Origin: Macrostomum lignano
Taxonomy: Eukaryota
Assembly (NCBI GenBank): GCA_002269645.1
Contig: NIVC01003065.1
Span: forward strand, 57,364-121,363
Direction: 5' to 3'
DNA: 64,000 bases
Shown here: positions 35,364 to 49,150 of the stretch, piece after piece
Layout of the letters: the number at the start of each line of letters is the position of its first letter
Numbering within the stretch: position 1 is the stretch's first letter
The notes under the pieces: model-generated
Database searches by the model: none
What the model was told of the DNA's origin: nothing
What the model saw: only the letters and a program-made list of their open reading frames with translations
Position numbers and translations under genes: made by a program

Positions 35364-38246
35364 GTCTGACAAGACTATTGGCCTGTAGATTTATCAGAAA
35401 CAGTATGTGACACAAAGGTTCAGAAACACTATTAAAATGTTATTTTCCTTAAGTTATTTAAAACAGTCTGTATACTAACTTTCGGTGGTCATTAATTTTT
35501 GATTCAAATGTATTTATTTACAATCTTGTAAATTATTCTACTAAAGTATATCAATCAAATCAATGTAAAAATCAAACCATTATAGCTCATTAAATGGTGG
35601 ATTATTTGGATTTTTACTCTAAGTTGTTAGACTCTTAAATCAGAAATCAATACTAAACGTATTTCTTATGTTATTTGACAAAGTAGACATTAGATTCTAT
35701 TCAGCATATATGAGCTATTAGTTAAATTATGTTTTAAAGGCAAAAATAATTTCTTTTTAAAATTAGCTACGAAAGCAACTCAATCTGTCAAGAGACATTG
35801 GCTAGCAACTAAATGTGATGCTTTATAGTGACCTATATAAAATACAATAAAACCTCTTACATAATTCTAAGCAAAAGGTTTATCGCCATTCTTCTTCAAT
35901 TTAAAGCTGTTAAAATGTGTAATTAGTGAAAAAAATTATAGCAGCGAGAAAAGTGATCGCAAAGCTGAAACGGCGGGCTAAATAGCCAGCGGAGGGGGGC
36001 GGGGCTAAGTACAACCCGCCCCAAACAGATGCACAAAGGCAGGATGGGTGGCTGATCACCAAATCTGGTTTGCACAAGTTGCGAGCACCTATGCAAACCA
36101 TTGCAATTCCTTAAAAATATATGTAGGTGCTCTTACATAGAGGAAAATTGCAACCTACAGGCTAAAGAAAAATCCAAAGCAAAAACTTGGTCAATCATTT
36201 TGGTCAATTTCTATACCTTCTGCGCAGTGCGCACACGTTATACAATACAATAAATTACAATAAAATGCTCCATACACGACAGGATCAAAACAATCTGACG
36301 GGCTCTAAATAATTTTAGGATATGCCTACATAGAAATAGGGCAAATGAAGCAGTCAAGAATTAAATTAAATGGAGACACATTCAATAATTCGATATTTTT
36401 CTACTTCGCTGCCTCGTGTATATTAAAATTGACATCTTATTCATAAAACGATAAAATTCATGTTGTTAAGTCCAATGGTACCAACAAAAATGTTATGATT
36501 GGTCTCAACTATAAATATTATAACGAACTTTATAAACGTTTTTTACACTACACAGTTAATAAAAAGACTAAAAACAAAATAGACAACAGAATGAAAGTAA
36601 TTGCTTTGTTTTACTAGTTTAAAAAATTACAGATTAGTTTAAGATTTTGACAATGCTACATTTCGTTTAATAATATATGCAAAATATAGGACTCGCATTG
36701 GAATTCATAAAGTAGGCCTAGCTTCAGATGTCTTCAAGCATTGCCTCTCTCTTCAATGACAATAGTACTAATGTTTTATTACTTAATTAATATTTGTATT
36801 CATCTATCTACTTTTTATGTACTGTACTCGGATGTCAGTAAAAATTATAATAGTCGCCTAAACTTCCCTAAACTTAAAGCAAGCACAGCTGCACAGGAAG
36901 CAATAGATTCTAGAATTCAACTTGAAATAAATGGCAGTTGTTATTGTTACTGTGATTGTATAAATAGTGAGACAGTTCTTTTTAGGGTCAACTCATAAAA
37001 CAAATAGGGGCCTAGGCCTACCATCCAAATTAAGTAGGCTCTAAAGAACTTGCAGTGCAAAAAATAGTTAAATTAAAAAATGTATACTAAAATAGTACTA
37101 TATAAATTAAAAATTAATACAATGGTAATTTCTAGTGGTTCTTGTTACTAACATTAGCTAGCTTAGTTTAGGTAATTGTTTACTATTAATTTAAATGAAA
37201 TTACCTTCCCATGGCCATGACCATTAAAATAGGCCTAGCCATTTTTCTTCCTATGTAAAAAGTACCTTTTAGGTACAGGCCTATAGATTAATAAAGGATT
37301 CATTCACTGCTTGTTTAAGTTGGAAACATTTAATTTCTATAAACATAAAAGGATAAAACATTTAAAATATTCTATACTTTACCTTTGTTGCTAAATTAAA
37401 ATTAGGGCATATAGAAGCAAGCTAAAGTCTAATTGCATTGAAAAATCATCAATATAATATAAAGATTATTATCTTTTTAAAATACTAATCATTGTCTTTT
37501 CATTTAAAATGAAAACAAGTTTTAAGCATCATATTATAGAGAGTATAGTTTATATTCTTTTAAAAATTACTTTTTTTTAAAATCACAATTTTTTTGCAAA
37601 TTTAAAGTTTTGTTTTAAATTATTTTTTAAACATCATATAAGCTAATTAAGGTATTGGGTTATTTAAAAAGCCAGAATATAGTTTTTTTATTTTGGAACC
37701 TATAAGTAACATATATACAACCTCTAGAATTACACTGACCATGTGACTTTTTTATTGAAATGCAACTTAGTTTTATAATTAAAGATAGGAAAAAACGAAA
37801 AGGACAAATTATTTTCAAAAGTGAACATTGAAAATATAGCTAAGCTGCCATAGCAATAGGTGTAAGACCAAGATGGCCACACATCAAGATGGCCACAGCT
37901 GGGGTGGGGGTCATGGAAAATGACAGCTGGTTTACTATTGGATAGCTTCGGGTAGGGAGATGTGGGGTTTAGACAGGCAGTCAAAATTTTATTAGCATTG
38001 CAGGGCTAAAGACAAAAATGGTTACGAGTCTTAATTTCCTACTTATAATAGGGCCCTAAAAGGTGTAAACGTATTTCGCATTAAACAAATCTCTTCATAT
38101 AAAATCTGGTGTAGCTTATTTCCATTTCTCTTATTGGTCAAGACTAATTTACTTGTTTAAAGGGATAAAAACTGGGTAAATTTCATGCCCTGTTCAAAAT
38201 TCATTTGTCTCATTCACTGACAGCAGTCTAAGCACTTAGATATAAA

Positions 38247-38442
38247 ATGGCTGGCGCATATCCATGTGTAGTCTGTCTGAAGCCATTTTGCGATAGACAA
38301 GAAGCAATTGAGTGTTCTAAATGCTTGAATTGGCAGCACCATGCATGTGATAGTCGCGTCACAATCAATCAGTATTCTGCAATGAGAAATGTCGGTGAGT
38401 TTTTCTGGCTTTGCAATCAATGCAATAGACAGGCTTCTGCAG
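38247..38442 (+). CDS. PHD-finger-encoding exon
   Basis: MAGAYPCVVCLKPFCDRQEAIECSKCLNWQHHACDSRVTINQYSAMRNVGEFFWLCNQC has the C4HC3 pattern with WxH and W-x-CxxC. Donor G|GTAACT at 38442 (phase 1). Confidence 0.78.
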
Positions 38443-38959
38443 GTAACTTAGCAGTTATCGTTATCGTTACACTCAAGCCAACCCTAGAGCAACATTTTTT
38501 TCAATCTTGGCCTATACTAATATGATACGATTGGAAGTCATATAAATACAGTCTAAATGACTGACTGGCTTGCGTGGAGATAAAAATCTATCTATATAAA
38601 ACAGCTCATCTCAAATTAGCCATATCGTTATTTTTCATTGCAATTTTTTTTCAGTTTTAACATTTTTAGCCAACTGCTATGGTTGCATGGTAACCATGAT
38701 AACAATTTGGCTCATAAATAAATAACTCAATAAAGTGACTTTGCATGCAGCACTTAGCATGAAGCCTCAGATTTATTTATGTAAATATCATTTGTACTCT
38801 TTATGCACTGCGGCAAATTTGCACAGATATGAGATGCATGTATTTTTCAGCAAGTATTGATACCCAACAAACGCAAGGCTTCAATCAAAGTCTGACAATT
38901 CTGAAATCTCGTCAAAATAAGCCAAACCTCTAAATATATGTACAGATACAAGTCTGATA

Positions 38960-41550
38960 CAAACAGAAGAGAGAAAAGATCAGATAGGAGAGATGAAAGA
39001 GGAGAAAGGAGAGATGAGAAAGCAGAGACGAGAAATGAGACAGTAGAGCTAGAACAGAGGAGAGAGGAGAGGGAAGAGATTATAGAGACGAGTGGAGAGA
39101 GAAGAGAAATATGTGAGAGCAGACATAAGAGACAATGGAAGAGAAGTGGAGTGAAGGAGAAAGGAGAATAAAGGGGGAGAATCGAGAGGACAGGAAGAGA
39201 TGGGAAGGGAGAGAAGAGAGATGAGAGGAAATAGAAGAATGGAGAAGGGAGAGAGTAGAAAGGAGAAGAGATATGGAAGAGCAGGAGAGATGAGAGATGA
39301 GAGGGAGGAGAGAGTAGAGAGGGGAGGTGAAAGAGTAAAGGGGAGAAAGTTGAGAAAAGAGTTGGGAAAAAAGAGGAGAGATGTTAAAGGAGAGTACAGA
39401 TGAGAGATGAGAGAGAGGAGATAAGACAGGAAATAAATAATAGGAGAGAAGGTCGAAATGATAGAGGAGAGAGAATAGAGAATTTCGCACTGACCTATGA
39501 GGTGCGAACAAACACGAGAAATCAAACTGAAATGTGCTAATTTTAACAGTCCCAGACTTCTATTGTTCCTACAAAATTTTAAACAGCAGGGCAGGACCTC
39601 TTGCGGGGCAGACCCATAGAATTTTTTCTAGTTTCCAAGATAATATTGACTTATAGGGAATAAACACATACCGTACGAGCTCAAATTTGAGCTCAAAGTT
39701 CAAGCTCAAATCCTAAATATTTAAACATCGCCACATGAGCATGGAGTCACAACATAGTTTGAATATAATGGAAAGCGCACGTAAATAAGCAAAAAGCGGT
39801 ATCCAACGGGGCAACATGAGCAAACTTTCAATACGCTAATTGGGAGGGGATTAAGCAATCACGGGCTGACTAACATTCTGCCACTCAGCAGGGGTTGAAC
39901 GGGAGACAAACTCCTAATAAATAAATTTTCTCAGTCCTATAATCTTTAATGGCATGACACGGCCTTCACACATGGGGGCTCCAAGGCCTCCATGCTCCTT
40001 TCAGTGATTTTTTTAGAATAGTCTTAGGCTCTTAGCAAAGACAGCGCACTGCCCTCATCCACTAGAAGGTGGGTGGGCACATTCTCGATTGGATATTCTA
40101 CAACAATATCTCTCCCACGTTGTCTTCTAGCTGGTCTCAGCTGGTACAAGTCGGGCACTTTTTCAAACAACTTTTTCAAGCTTCTTTCCTAAGTTTGCTA
40201 TCTATCTTTCCTATCTTTCCTTTTTTCCTAAGGGGAGAGAGTGGAGACCAGAGATAAATGAGAAGAGAGAGCAAAGATGAAAGAGAAGAGAGGTGAGGAA
40301 AGATCAACGAGAGAAGACAGGAGAGAGGAGATAGGAAAGAAGAGAAGAGAAGAGAGAGAGAAGAGAAAGAGAGAGAGAGGAAACAAAAGAGAAGATAGAA
40401 GTTTCAAAGGATCCAAGGGACATAGAGAGAGACAGCAGGCCAGAGATTTTGCCGATACATGTTTTTGAAAGACAAGTTTTTGTTTGAGTATGACTTCAGA
40501 TTTTAGAACTAGATATAAGCTGAGCTGAGAGAGAAGATGAAAGTAGAGGCTGAGAGTAGAGAGAGGCTGAGAGCAGAGAGGGGCTGAGAGCAGAGAGGGG
40601 CTGAGAGTAGAGAGGGGCTGAGAGCAGAGAGGGGCTGAGAGTAGAGAGAGGCTGAGAGCAGAGAGGGGCTGAGAGCAGAGAGGGGCTGAGAGTAGAGAGG
40701 GGCTGGGGATAGAGGTTGAGAGTGGATAGAGGCTGAGAGTAGAGAGAGGCTAAGAGTAGAGAGGCTGAGAATAGAGAGGTTGAGAGTAGATAGAGGCTGA
40801 GAGTAGAGAGGCTAGTTCACGTTGTTCTCAATCCTATTCCACTATACATGTAGTTTTTATCTAATGTGACTAAGCCAGGTGCTTTTAGTGCAGGGGTTGG
40901 CAAACTTTTTACCTCAATTGAGAACCTAGCTCATGACTGCCCTTCTAGTCCGCTTCATTGGCCCCCAAAGCGAAGCAAGGAGTCCTGATGACAGAGCGGG
41001 CCAGAGGTGAGGAGAGAGGGTAAGGAATAGAGAAGAGAAATACAAGCATAGGATAAAGGAGAGGCGAAGGAATAAAGGAGAAGAGAGTTGATGAGAGGAG
41101 AGATTAAATATGAGTGGAGAGAGAGAAGGGAGATTAATGGAGAGGAGAAAGGAGGAAAGGGAGAAGAGAATGAAGAGGAAAAGGAAGATGAGAGCAAAGA
41201 GGTGAGGAGAGAGGAGAGGAGAAAGGTGAGGAAAGGAGTGAGGAGAGGGCAGAGATGAGAGAGAGAAAAGATGAGAGGAGAGGGCAGACATGAGAGAGAA
41301 AAGATGAGAGAAGAGGGCAGACATGAGAGAGAGAATAGATGAGAGAGAGAGGGCAAGAGATGAGAGGAGAGGGCAGAGATGAGAGAGAGAAAGATGATAT
41401 AGGATAGGGCAGAGATGAGAGAGGAGAGGGCAAGAGATGAGAGAGGAGAGGGCAGAGATGAGAGAGAGAGAAAAGATTAGAGACGAGAGGGCAGAGATGA
41501 CAGAGAAAAGATAAGAGACAAGAGTGCAAAGATGAGAGACAAGAGGGCAC
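38960..41550. repeat. Purine-rich (GA/GGAGA) low-complexity tracts and an ~18-bp GGCTGAGAG(C/T)AGAGAGG array (40530-40810)
   Basis: Tracts at 38960-39480, 40230-40400, 40530-40810 and 41000-41545; hAT-like TIR CAGGGGTTGGCAAAC at 40891. Confidence 0.85.
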
Positions 41551-42299
41551 TCCAATTTTTGCTTACTTCTATCATAACTAATACCTTTACCCTCTACCTT
41601 TAACTTTTAACATATACAAACAACACATCAGTTTTAGTATATTGAGACAGGTTTGAAACTATTATCCATGATACAAAAATCAAATGTCTTGTGCTAGTAG
41701 TGCTACTAGCTTTAGTAGGTAGTAATACCTGCTGTAAAGGGAAGTGTTTTTTGTTTTACTTAGTCTAATTTCACTAACAAAATCTGTTTTCTCCAAGACT
41801 TGAAGCTACGTCATACCCCACCCCAATCACAGCCAATAGGAAATGAGGAAATATATAGACCTATTCCTATCCAAGCAGCCATTCAGAGCTGTGGCCATCT
41901 TGGTGTGTGGCCATCTTGGTCATGCGCCTAGCAATAAGCAAACTCTAATTAATCAATCTTCGCGCAACATGTTTTGCCGAACACTCGGCATCTTTAGGCA
42001 AGGCAATAATATATTTTCTGAGAGATGATAAATTATTTAAAGTCTAATAGGCCAAAAAGATTGTAAGAATGGGTAACCGAGTTAGATGGCCCTAAATAAT
42101 TTATTAGCTGTTTATTATAAATTAAACAGCTAAAGCCCACCATGAACATCCAACTTGGTGGTAGAGGGGCGAGTTCCATCTAAAGGTGTTCTTTTGACAG
42201 GAAGCAGAGGCAGAGCTTTGGAATTTTTCAAGTTAATAGTTAGCATCTGCCTGGCAAAAAACTTTTGGTAACTTCATGACCAATACTAATTTTGGTCCA

Positions 42300-43050
42300 A
42301 ACATTTGTATATAGATAAATCTCTTACCATAATTATCTTGCTCAAGGGAACCTGAACTTTCTCATAGCATTGAGTATGGCACTATGATAGATGTTGTCAA
42401 ATGCCTTTGCCAGGTCTATAGATAATGAGTTGATCTAGTAGCACTTTTTGCGCGCACCTTTGAGTGCACCCAGCAATAGATTGATGTTTTACTAGCAACC
42501 ATCTACTAGTCTGATAGCTTTTTGGCGTTCACTTATATGCTTGTAGGAGCCTCAGACCAGCAGGTTTTTAATATTTTTGTGTACAGTCTTAGCAAGAGGC
42601 TCTTGGTTGTCAGCAGGCACCAGTTATTTGCACTGGTTTGGTTACTACCTTTACACAACTAAATTGTCTGATTCTCCTGCAACTCAATAGGAATTTTTGT
42701 AAGTACTGCCAAAGATTAAAAAGAGTGGCTACCATTTCTCTATCCAGGTTCTTAAGGTAGTGCCTGTTGAATCATCTATATTTTTATTGTCCCTAACGGC
42801 ATGTGTCACTTCTGGTATCTCAAAAGATGCAGTTTTCTTCTCAAACTAGATGCCCTCTACTGCAGGGGTGTACATGTCTTTGGGAATCATGCCTGTTGTA
42901 TTACCTAGGCAATGTTGGTAAACTTTCTTAATCTTGGTCATCTTAAAGTGGATTTCCATTTTAGAAATCTCTACCTTGTCTAAGATTTTAGAGAAGCAAA
43001 ATCTAGTCTTATTCCCTTTTGTAGCCCTCAACAAATTTATACCTAGCCAA
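42300..43050 (-). mobile_element. Degenerate R2/NeSL-like (RLE-clade) non-LTR retrotransposon RT fragment
   Basis: The minus frame reads HISERQKAIRLVDGC**NINLLLGALKGARKK...IDLAKAFDNIYHSAILNAMRKF. RQKAF..VDGC.EN and DLAKAFD.V.H are typical of R2/NeSL RTs. Multiple stops. Confidence 0.7.
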
Positions 43051-44249
43051 ATGCCAACCTCACCTCTCTGAGTTTGTGGGAATTAATGCCTTTGAATCCA
43101 GGTACCGTAAACTTGATTCTTAATGCTTTGCTTCTAAAGCCTAAAAGCCTAAAGCCTGGCTATAAGCACAGTGTGCTTGCAACTATTCAAGCATTCCTGC
43201 TATTCTAGGCAGTCCCTAAGATATGCCACATGTTGTCTTATCCTTAATTCCCTTCCCTCATATATAAGCCACAAGCCCACAATATCTAATATTCTCAACT
43301 CTTCAAACTTAAACTTATCAGTGCTCCAGTTCTTCTAAAGCCTTCTCAAATCTTAACAGAATGTATTCAATTGTTACACCTCTATTCCCTCTGCCTCATC
43401 TCATAAAAAATTATTCCTAACTCTTTTCCTTTATTTATGAGCCACTATGCTTGCACCAATACTCAACTCTTGACTTGTTCCAAATATTTGTCCTATATCA
43501 AAGTGACTATTCAGTATTTGGATTGTTAACTTTCCTGTTCTAATTCAAACCAAATATTTAGTTAATTAAATTAGATTCCAAATACTTGAAATATTTGTCC
43601 TTTCTAGGTTTATAATTGACTTAAAAAGAAAATAAAAATCTCTATTTTATTGTTAACTTTGTTATACAAAAGTAAAATAATTGTGCAAAAGTTTTCAATT
43701 TTGCACCTTGATGTTTGTCACAATTTATATTGGCTTAATTTGCTAAGTCAGCTAAGAGTTGCACAAGTATATTTAATAAGGCATGGTATTTTTAAATTAT
43801 TATAATTCACACTTTTCATAGAAAAATTAACCAATATGCATATTAAATAAAAACTTGTAGTTAAATTATTTTATTGAATGATTTTAAATTAAGTATTATA
43901 TTTATTCTTTTTTAATTAAAGTTAGGGCAAGATCCCAGTTCCAAAAAAATTGATTTTTCAAACCTTTTATTGTAATACAAAAACTAGCAAAATAATTAGG
44001 AATATAAATTTAAACATAAAATAAATCTGTTCAACAAAACATATATATGTTTTAGTAATATTTTTTATTGTTTTTTAAAAGAAAATTTAATCATCCTCTT
44101 GAAATTAAAATTAATTTGCTATATTCTTTTTCAAATCTAGGTTTATTTAAGCTTAACTTTAATTCGCATTGCTTAGTTTCTACTTTCTTAGTAGTAAATT
44201 AATGACTTTAACATCATAGTTCCACAGAATAATAACTAAATCTCCTGTC

Positions 44250-47168
44250 ATGTGTCATATTTCAAGGCCAGGTTTGACGCCTGCAAAAACTGCATGGATG
44301 TCTAGGGCAGCTGCAGTAGTAACAACATCCTCATCATCTTCAACTGCCGCTAACTCAAATATTACTGATACAAAATCTGTAGCTAGTGTGTTTGAATTTG
44401 AGCCAACAGACAGTACTTCTTCTGTTGCTGTACACCGCCACATAAGCGGTCGCGCCGGCAGCAACACCGGAGGCTCCGCAGGCGGTAGTCAGACAGGCAG
44501 TCCTTTAAAGCCTAAAAAACGTTGGATTCGCGAATCATCGTCTTCTTCTACAACAGCAAACACGGAGGCCAATCCTGTTGCCGTTGGGTCAACTACAACA
44601 GGCTCAGTACTGCCTGGGGAACAGTGTTCTGCTTCTTCTTCTAGTAGCAGGAAGCGCGGTTCGGGTTTTGTAGCCAACGAATCGCAGGCTAATCTCTCCG
44701 TAGCCATACCGTCCCCAGCTGTGTCAGCTTCATCCGATAATAATGGCGCCAATTCTGGCAGCGGAAATGGCGGCGGCATCCGATTGAAGTTTTCCTCTAG
44801 ACAGAATGGCAGTTACGCCGTCCAGATGCTCGAGGACGCCTCCTTGGCCGTTGATGAAGAATCAAGTCGTCGTAGATCGAAGCATAAGACAGCTACTAGA
44901 AGAAAGTCGGAATTGAAACAGACCAAGCAAAGTAATCAGAAAAATAAGCAAAGAAAGACTAGCAGTTCCAATGAGACTGTAGCTTCCGAGCCTGCACTAG
45001 CTCTTGTGCCAGTTAATAAGTGCCGAATTGTAGGCGATATGTCTAATTCGGCTTCTCTATTGTCTGTTGGCGATGTTGTCTGGGCTAAGCTGACTGGTTG
45101 GCCCTGGTGGCCAGGTCGGGTTGCTGGTTTACAGCGTCAGGAGGAGCTTGCAGTTGACGAGCAGCTGCCACCAGCTGACCAGTGCATCGCCTGTGTGCAC
45201 TGGTTCAACTGGGACCAGGTGTCCTATCTACCAGCCGAGCGGTTGCGCCTATTTGTTGACTACTATGGCCGATTGTTTGACGCCAAAAAACGGGGCGCTT
45301 ATAAAACTGCTGTGGAACAGGTAGGTGTTGAACAATCGGAATTTGAATCTTCTAAGCTACAAGTACACTACAAAAGAATTGCTTCTAAAAGAAAAATGTA
45401 GGTCAGGTAAATCGACCTTCTGGCCCTAGACAAGTCGCCTTTTAAACCCTTAATTCCTGGCAGAATCGCCCTCTAATTCCTGGAAGAATCGCCCTCTGAT
45501 TCCTGGTAGATTCGCCCTTTAATTCCTGGAAGAATCGCCCTCTATTTCCTGAGACAGAATCGCTCTTTAATTCCTGTTAGAATCGCCCTCTAATTTCTGG
45601 TAGAATCGCCCTCTAATTTCTGGTAGAATCGCCCTCTAATTCCTTGAAGAATCGCTCTCTAATTCCTGGAAGAATCGCCCTCTAATTCCTTGAAGAATCG
45701 CCTTGTAATTCCTGGTAGAATCGGAACGGCCATCTGAAGCTTCGAACGGTTTCCTATTATAAACCGTTAAATAATTATTTTAAATCTCTTAACTTTTCCC
45801 TAGTAAGTCTCGTAATTTATTACATATTTTTCCAAACTTTCTACTTAGCAAGTAGCAAAAAGAGAATATCTCGGTATTTTTTAAACAAAAGCAAAAAATT
45901 TCACTCACATTAAAGGCCTACCTGATAGCGCACGCTCCGCCAGGCGAAGATGACGAATCTGATCAGATTTTCCAAGCCGGCGATCCTGTGAAAGAATCAT
46001 CCTCCAATGCAGCCATAACAACAACAACAACAGCAGCCGCAGTCGTTAAACCGGTTGTAAAAGCTGCGACAAAAAAATCAACAAAAAAGACGTCTTCGTC
46101 GCCAACTAAATCAATTAAGCTGACTGCCGGCTCAGCCACTGAGCAGTCTCGCCGACAACAAAGGCGTCCACGGAGCGGCGCCAATCAAAGTAGAAGCCGC
46201 GTGAAAGTTAAAGAACTCGATTTTGCCGACTTAGAAGATGAAGAAGACGATAGAGTGCATAGGCGGCAGCAACAGGTTTGAAATTTTGATATCTAAAATT
46301 GCTGTGACATTAGGCTATCGGGCGAGTGTCAGGTGCTACAGCCCACTCAATATGTCAGATATTTGAAGCCACCTGTCGGTGTGTCAGATACCCTTACCCC
46401 ACCTCCAGTCAGGGGTTGTCAGACATTTCAGATTAATGTCAGTTAAGTGGCGTCAGACATTGCAGTTCAATGTCAGTCAGGGGGTGTCAGACATTGCAGT
46501 TCAATGTCAGTCAGGGGGTGTCAGACATTGCAGTTCAATGTCAGTCAAGTGGTGTCAGACATTGCAGTTCAATGTCAGTCAGGGGGTGTCAGACATTGCA
46601 GTTCAATGTCAGTCAGGGGGTGTCAGACATTGCAGTTCAATGTCAGTCAGGGGGTGTCAGACATTGCAGTTCAATGTCAGTCAGGGGGTGTCAGACATTG
46701 CAGTTCAATGTCAGTCAGGGGGTGTCAGACATTGCAGTTCAATGTCAGTCAGGGGGTGTCAGACATTGCAGTTCAATGTCAGTCAGGGGGTGTCAGACAT
46801 TGCAGTTCAATGTCAGTCAGGGGGTGTCAGACATTGCAGTTCAATGTTAGGCAGAGGGTGTCAGACATTTCAGATTAATCTCAGACAGTGCAATTGCCAT
46901 CCGTCTGATCCCGTAGGCTCAGTACATATCGGCTGAAGGAGCTGCCGCAGCGGCAGCAGCTGCCTCTGATTTCTGTTCCTCCCAGCATCATGGAGAGCAT
47001 CATCAGCATTCGGGTGACGAGGAGCAGCAACACGCCGCTCTGCCTGAACTGGACCAGTCAGACCTTGGCCTAGCGGCTGTCGACATACCGACATTCTCCG
47101 ACGATGAGGACGAAAAGCCGTTAATTATCGATACAGAGGCTGGCAAAATTATCGAGCAGATGTCGTGA
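44250..47168 (+). CDS. PWWP-domain chromatin reader, PWWP2A/B-like (exons ~44250-45320, 45916-46275, 46917-47168)
   Basis: VGDVVWAKLTGWPWWPGRV...ACVHWFNWDQVSYL...FVDYYGRLFDAKKRGAYKTAVEQ|AYL resembles the PWWP2 C-terminal helices (F..RF.KK.KG.YRKAI.EA). The phase-0 GT-AG joins are open and the stop is TGA at 47166-47168. The 5' end is uncertain. Confidence 0.85.
45455..45722. repeat. 23-bp minisatellite
   Basis: Unit AGAATCGCCCTCTAATTCCTGG(A/T). Confidence 0.92.
46400..46872. repeat. 34-bp minisatellite
   Basis: Unit TGTCAGACATTGCAGTTCAATGTCAGTCAGGGGG. Confidence 0.95.
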
Positions 47169-47276
47169 AATTCTAGCTAACTGCTTGCTGAATCCACTTG
47201 TCACACTTAGTCGCTTGGTGTTTTGTTTTGTGGGGGGGCTCTCTTATTATATTTGACCACTGACTATGCATCAAAT

Positions 47277-48020
<744 letters not shown>

Positions 48021-48901
48021 AGATATCGTAGACAGGCAGATTAATAGAAATGTATATAAATAAATTTATCTAAAGCGTCTCTGCATGCACGGACTGGATT
48101 TCTTAGTGAACAGTCAACCTTTATTGTAAATCTGTCCTAAATCTGATTGGTTTGAATGCCAATTCAGGAATCGGTGTCTGTTTGTGTCGAATTTCGGTCT
48201 GAAAATAGTTATCGCCTAATTAACATTGAATACGCAATCGTACATCATATGTGCAATTAATCCTTCCATAAGCTACAGTCACAAATTATTATTAGCATAC
48301 TTTTCATCGCCAGCTAAATACTATATTAAATTGTAATAGAAATTGTCTGCTGTAAAAACTATGATCATTTTTGCGCATTATTTGTTACTGGCACAGGTAG
48401 CGCCATTGTGCAAACTAAATGTAATCGTCGCTAATTTTTTGGCAGCTGAATTGTGTTTGAATCGATTTGTCTAACTAATTGAGTAAGTAGGTCGTAAATA
48501 TTGCAAGAAAATTATGTTTAAAGCACATTTTTATGTAACCTCATTCCGCTTGGTCTATTGTAAACAGAGAAGTTATCTCCGTTCACTGCTACTAACTAGT
48601 AGGATGTTGGAGTTCTCCTCTGCTCTCTCTCTCTCTCTCTCTCTCTATTTTGTTTATGTCAAGACAAACAATTTGTGTTATAATTCATCTGCTCATTGCC
48701 TTATTATAGTCGTTTGGATAAGAAAGGAGAAGCGTTTCTTTCTGCTTTCCAATTTGTAGCCAAGAATTGCCTTAGTTAACAGCTGTCCATCGTTTCAATA
48801 GGGTATTCTGGCGTGTTGTTGATGTGTACACTCCGCATCAGGCTGTTATGTTGAACTTTCATTCAACTTCTGAAGCGGTTGAATTGAGTCACCTTGAGAT
48901 T

Positions 48902-49150
48902 CCTGAAGCGAGCGGAGTAGAGGACCCTGAAGTACCTGAAGCGAGCGGAGTAGAGGACCCTGAAGTACCTGAAGCGAGCGGAGTAGAGGACCCTGAAGTA
49001 CCTGAAGCCAATAGAATAGAAGACCCTGAAGTACCTGAAGCCAATAAAGTAGGAGACCCTGAAGTACCTGAAGCCAATAAAGTAGGAGACCCTGAAGTAC
49101 CTGAAGCCAATAGAATAGAAGACCCTGAAGTACCTGAAGCCAATGGAAAA
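48902..49150 (+). repeat. 33-bp frame-preserving minisatellite
   Basis: CCTGAAGTACCTGAAGC...GAC units, translating as (EVPEASGVEDP)n. Confidence 0.88.

Noticed and set aside
35364-35372. CCDC103 start at 35372 (MSD...)
   Set aside because: That codon is TTG; the first ATG is at 35363, and the homology begins just after it.
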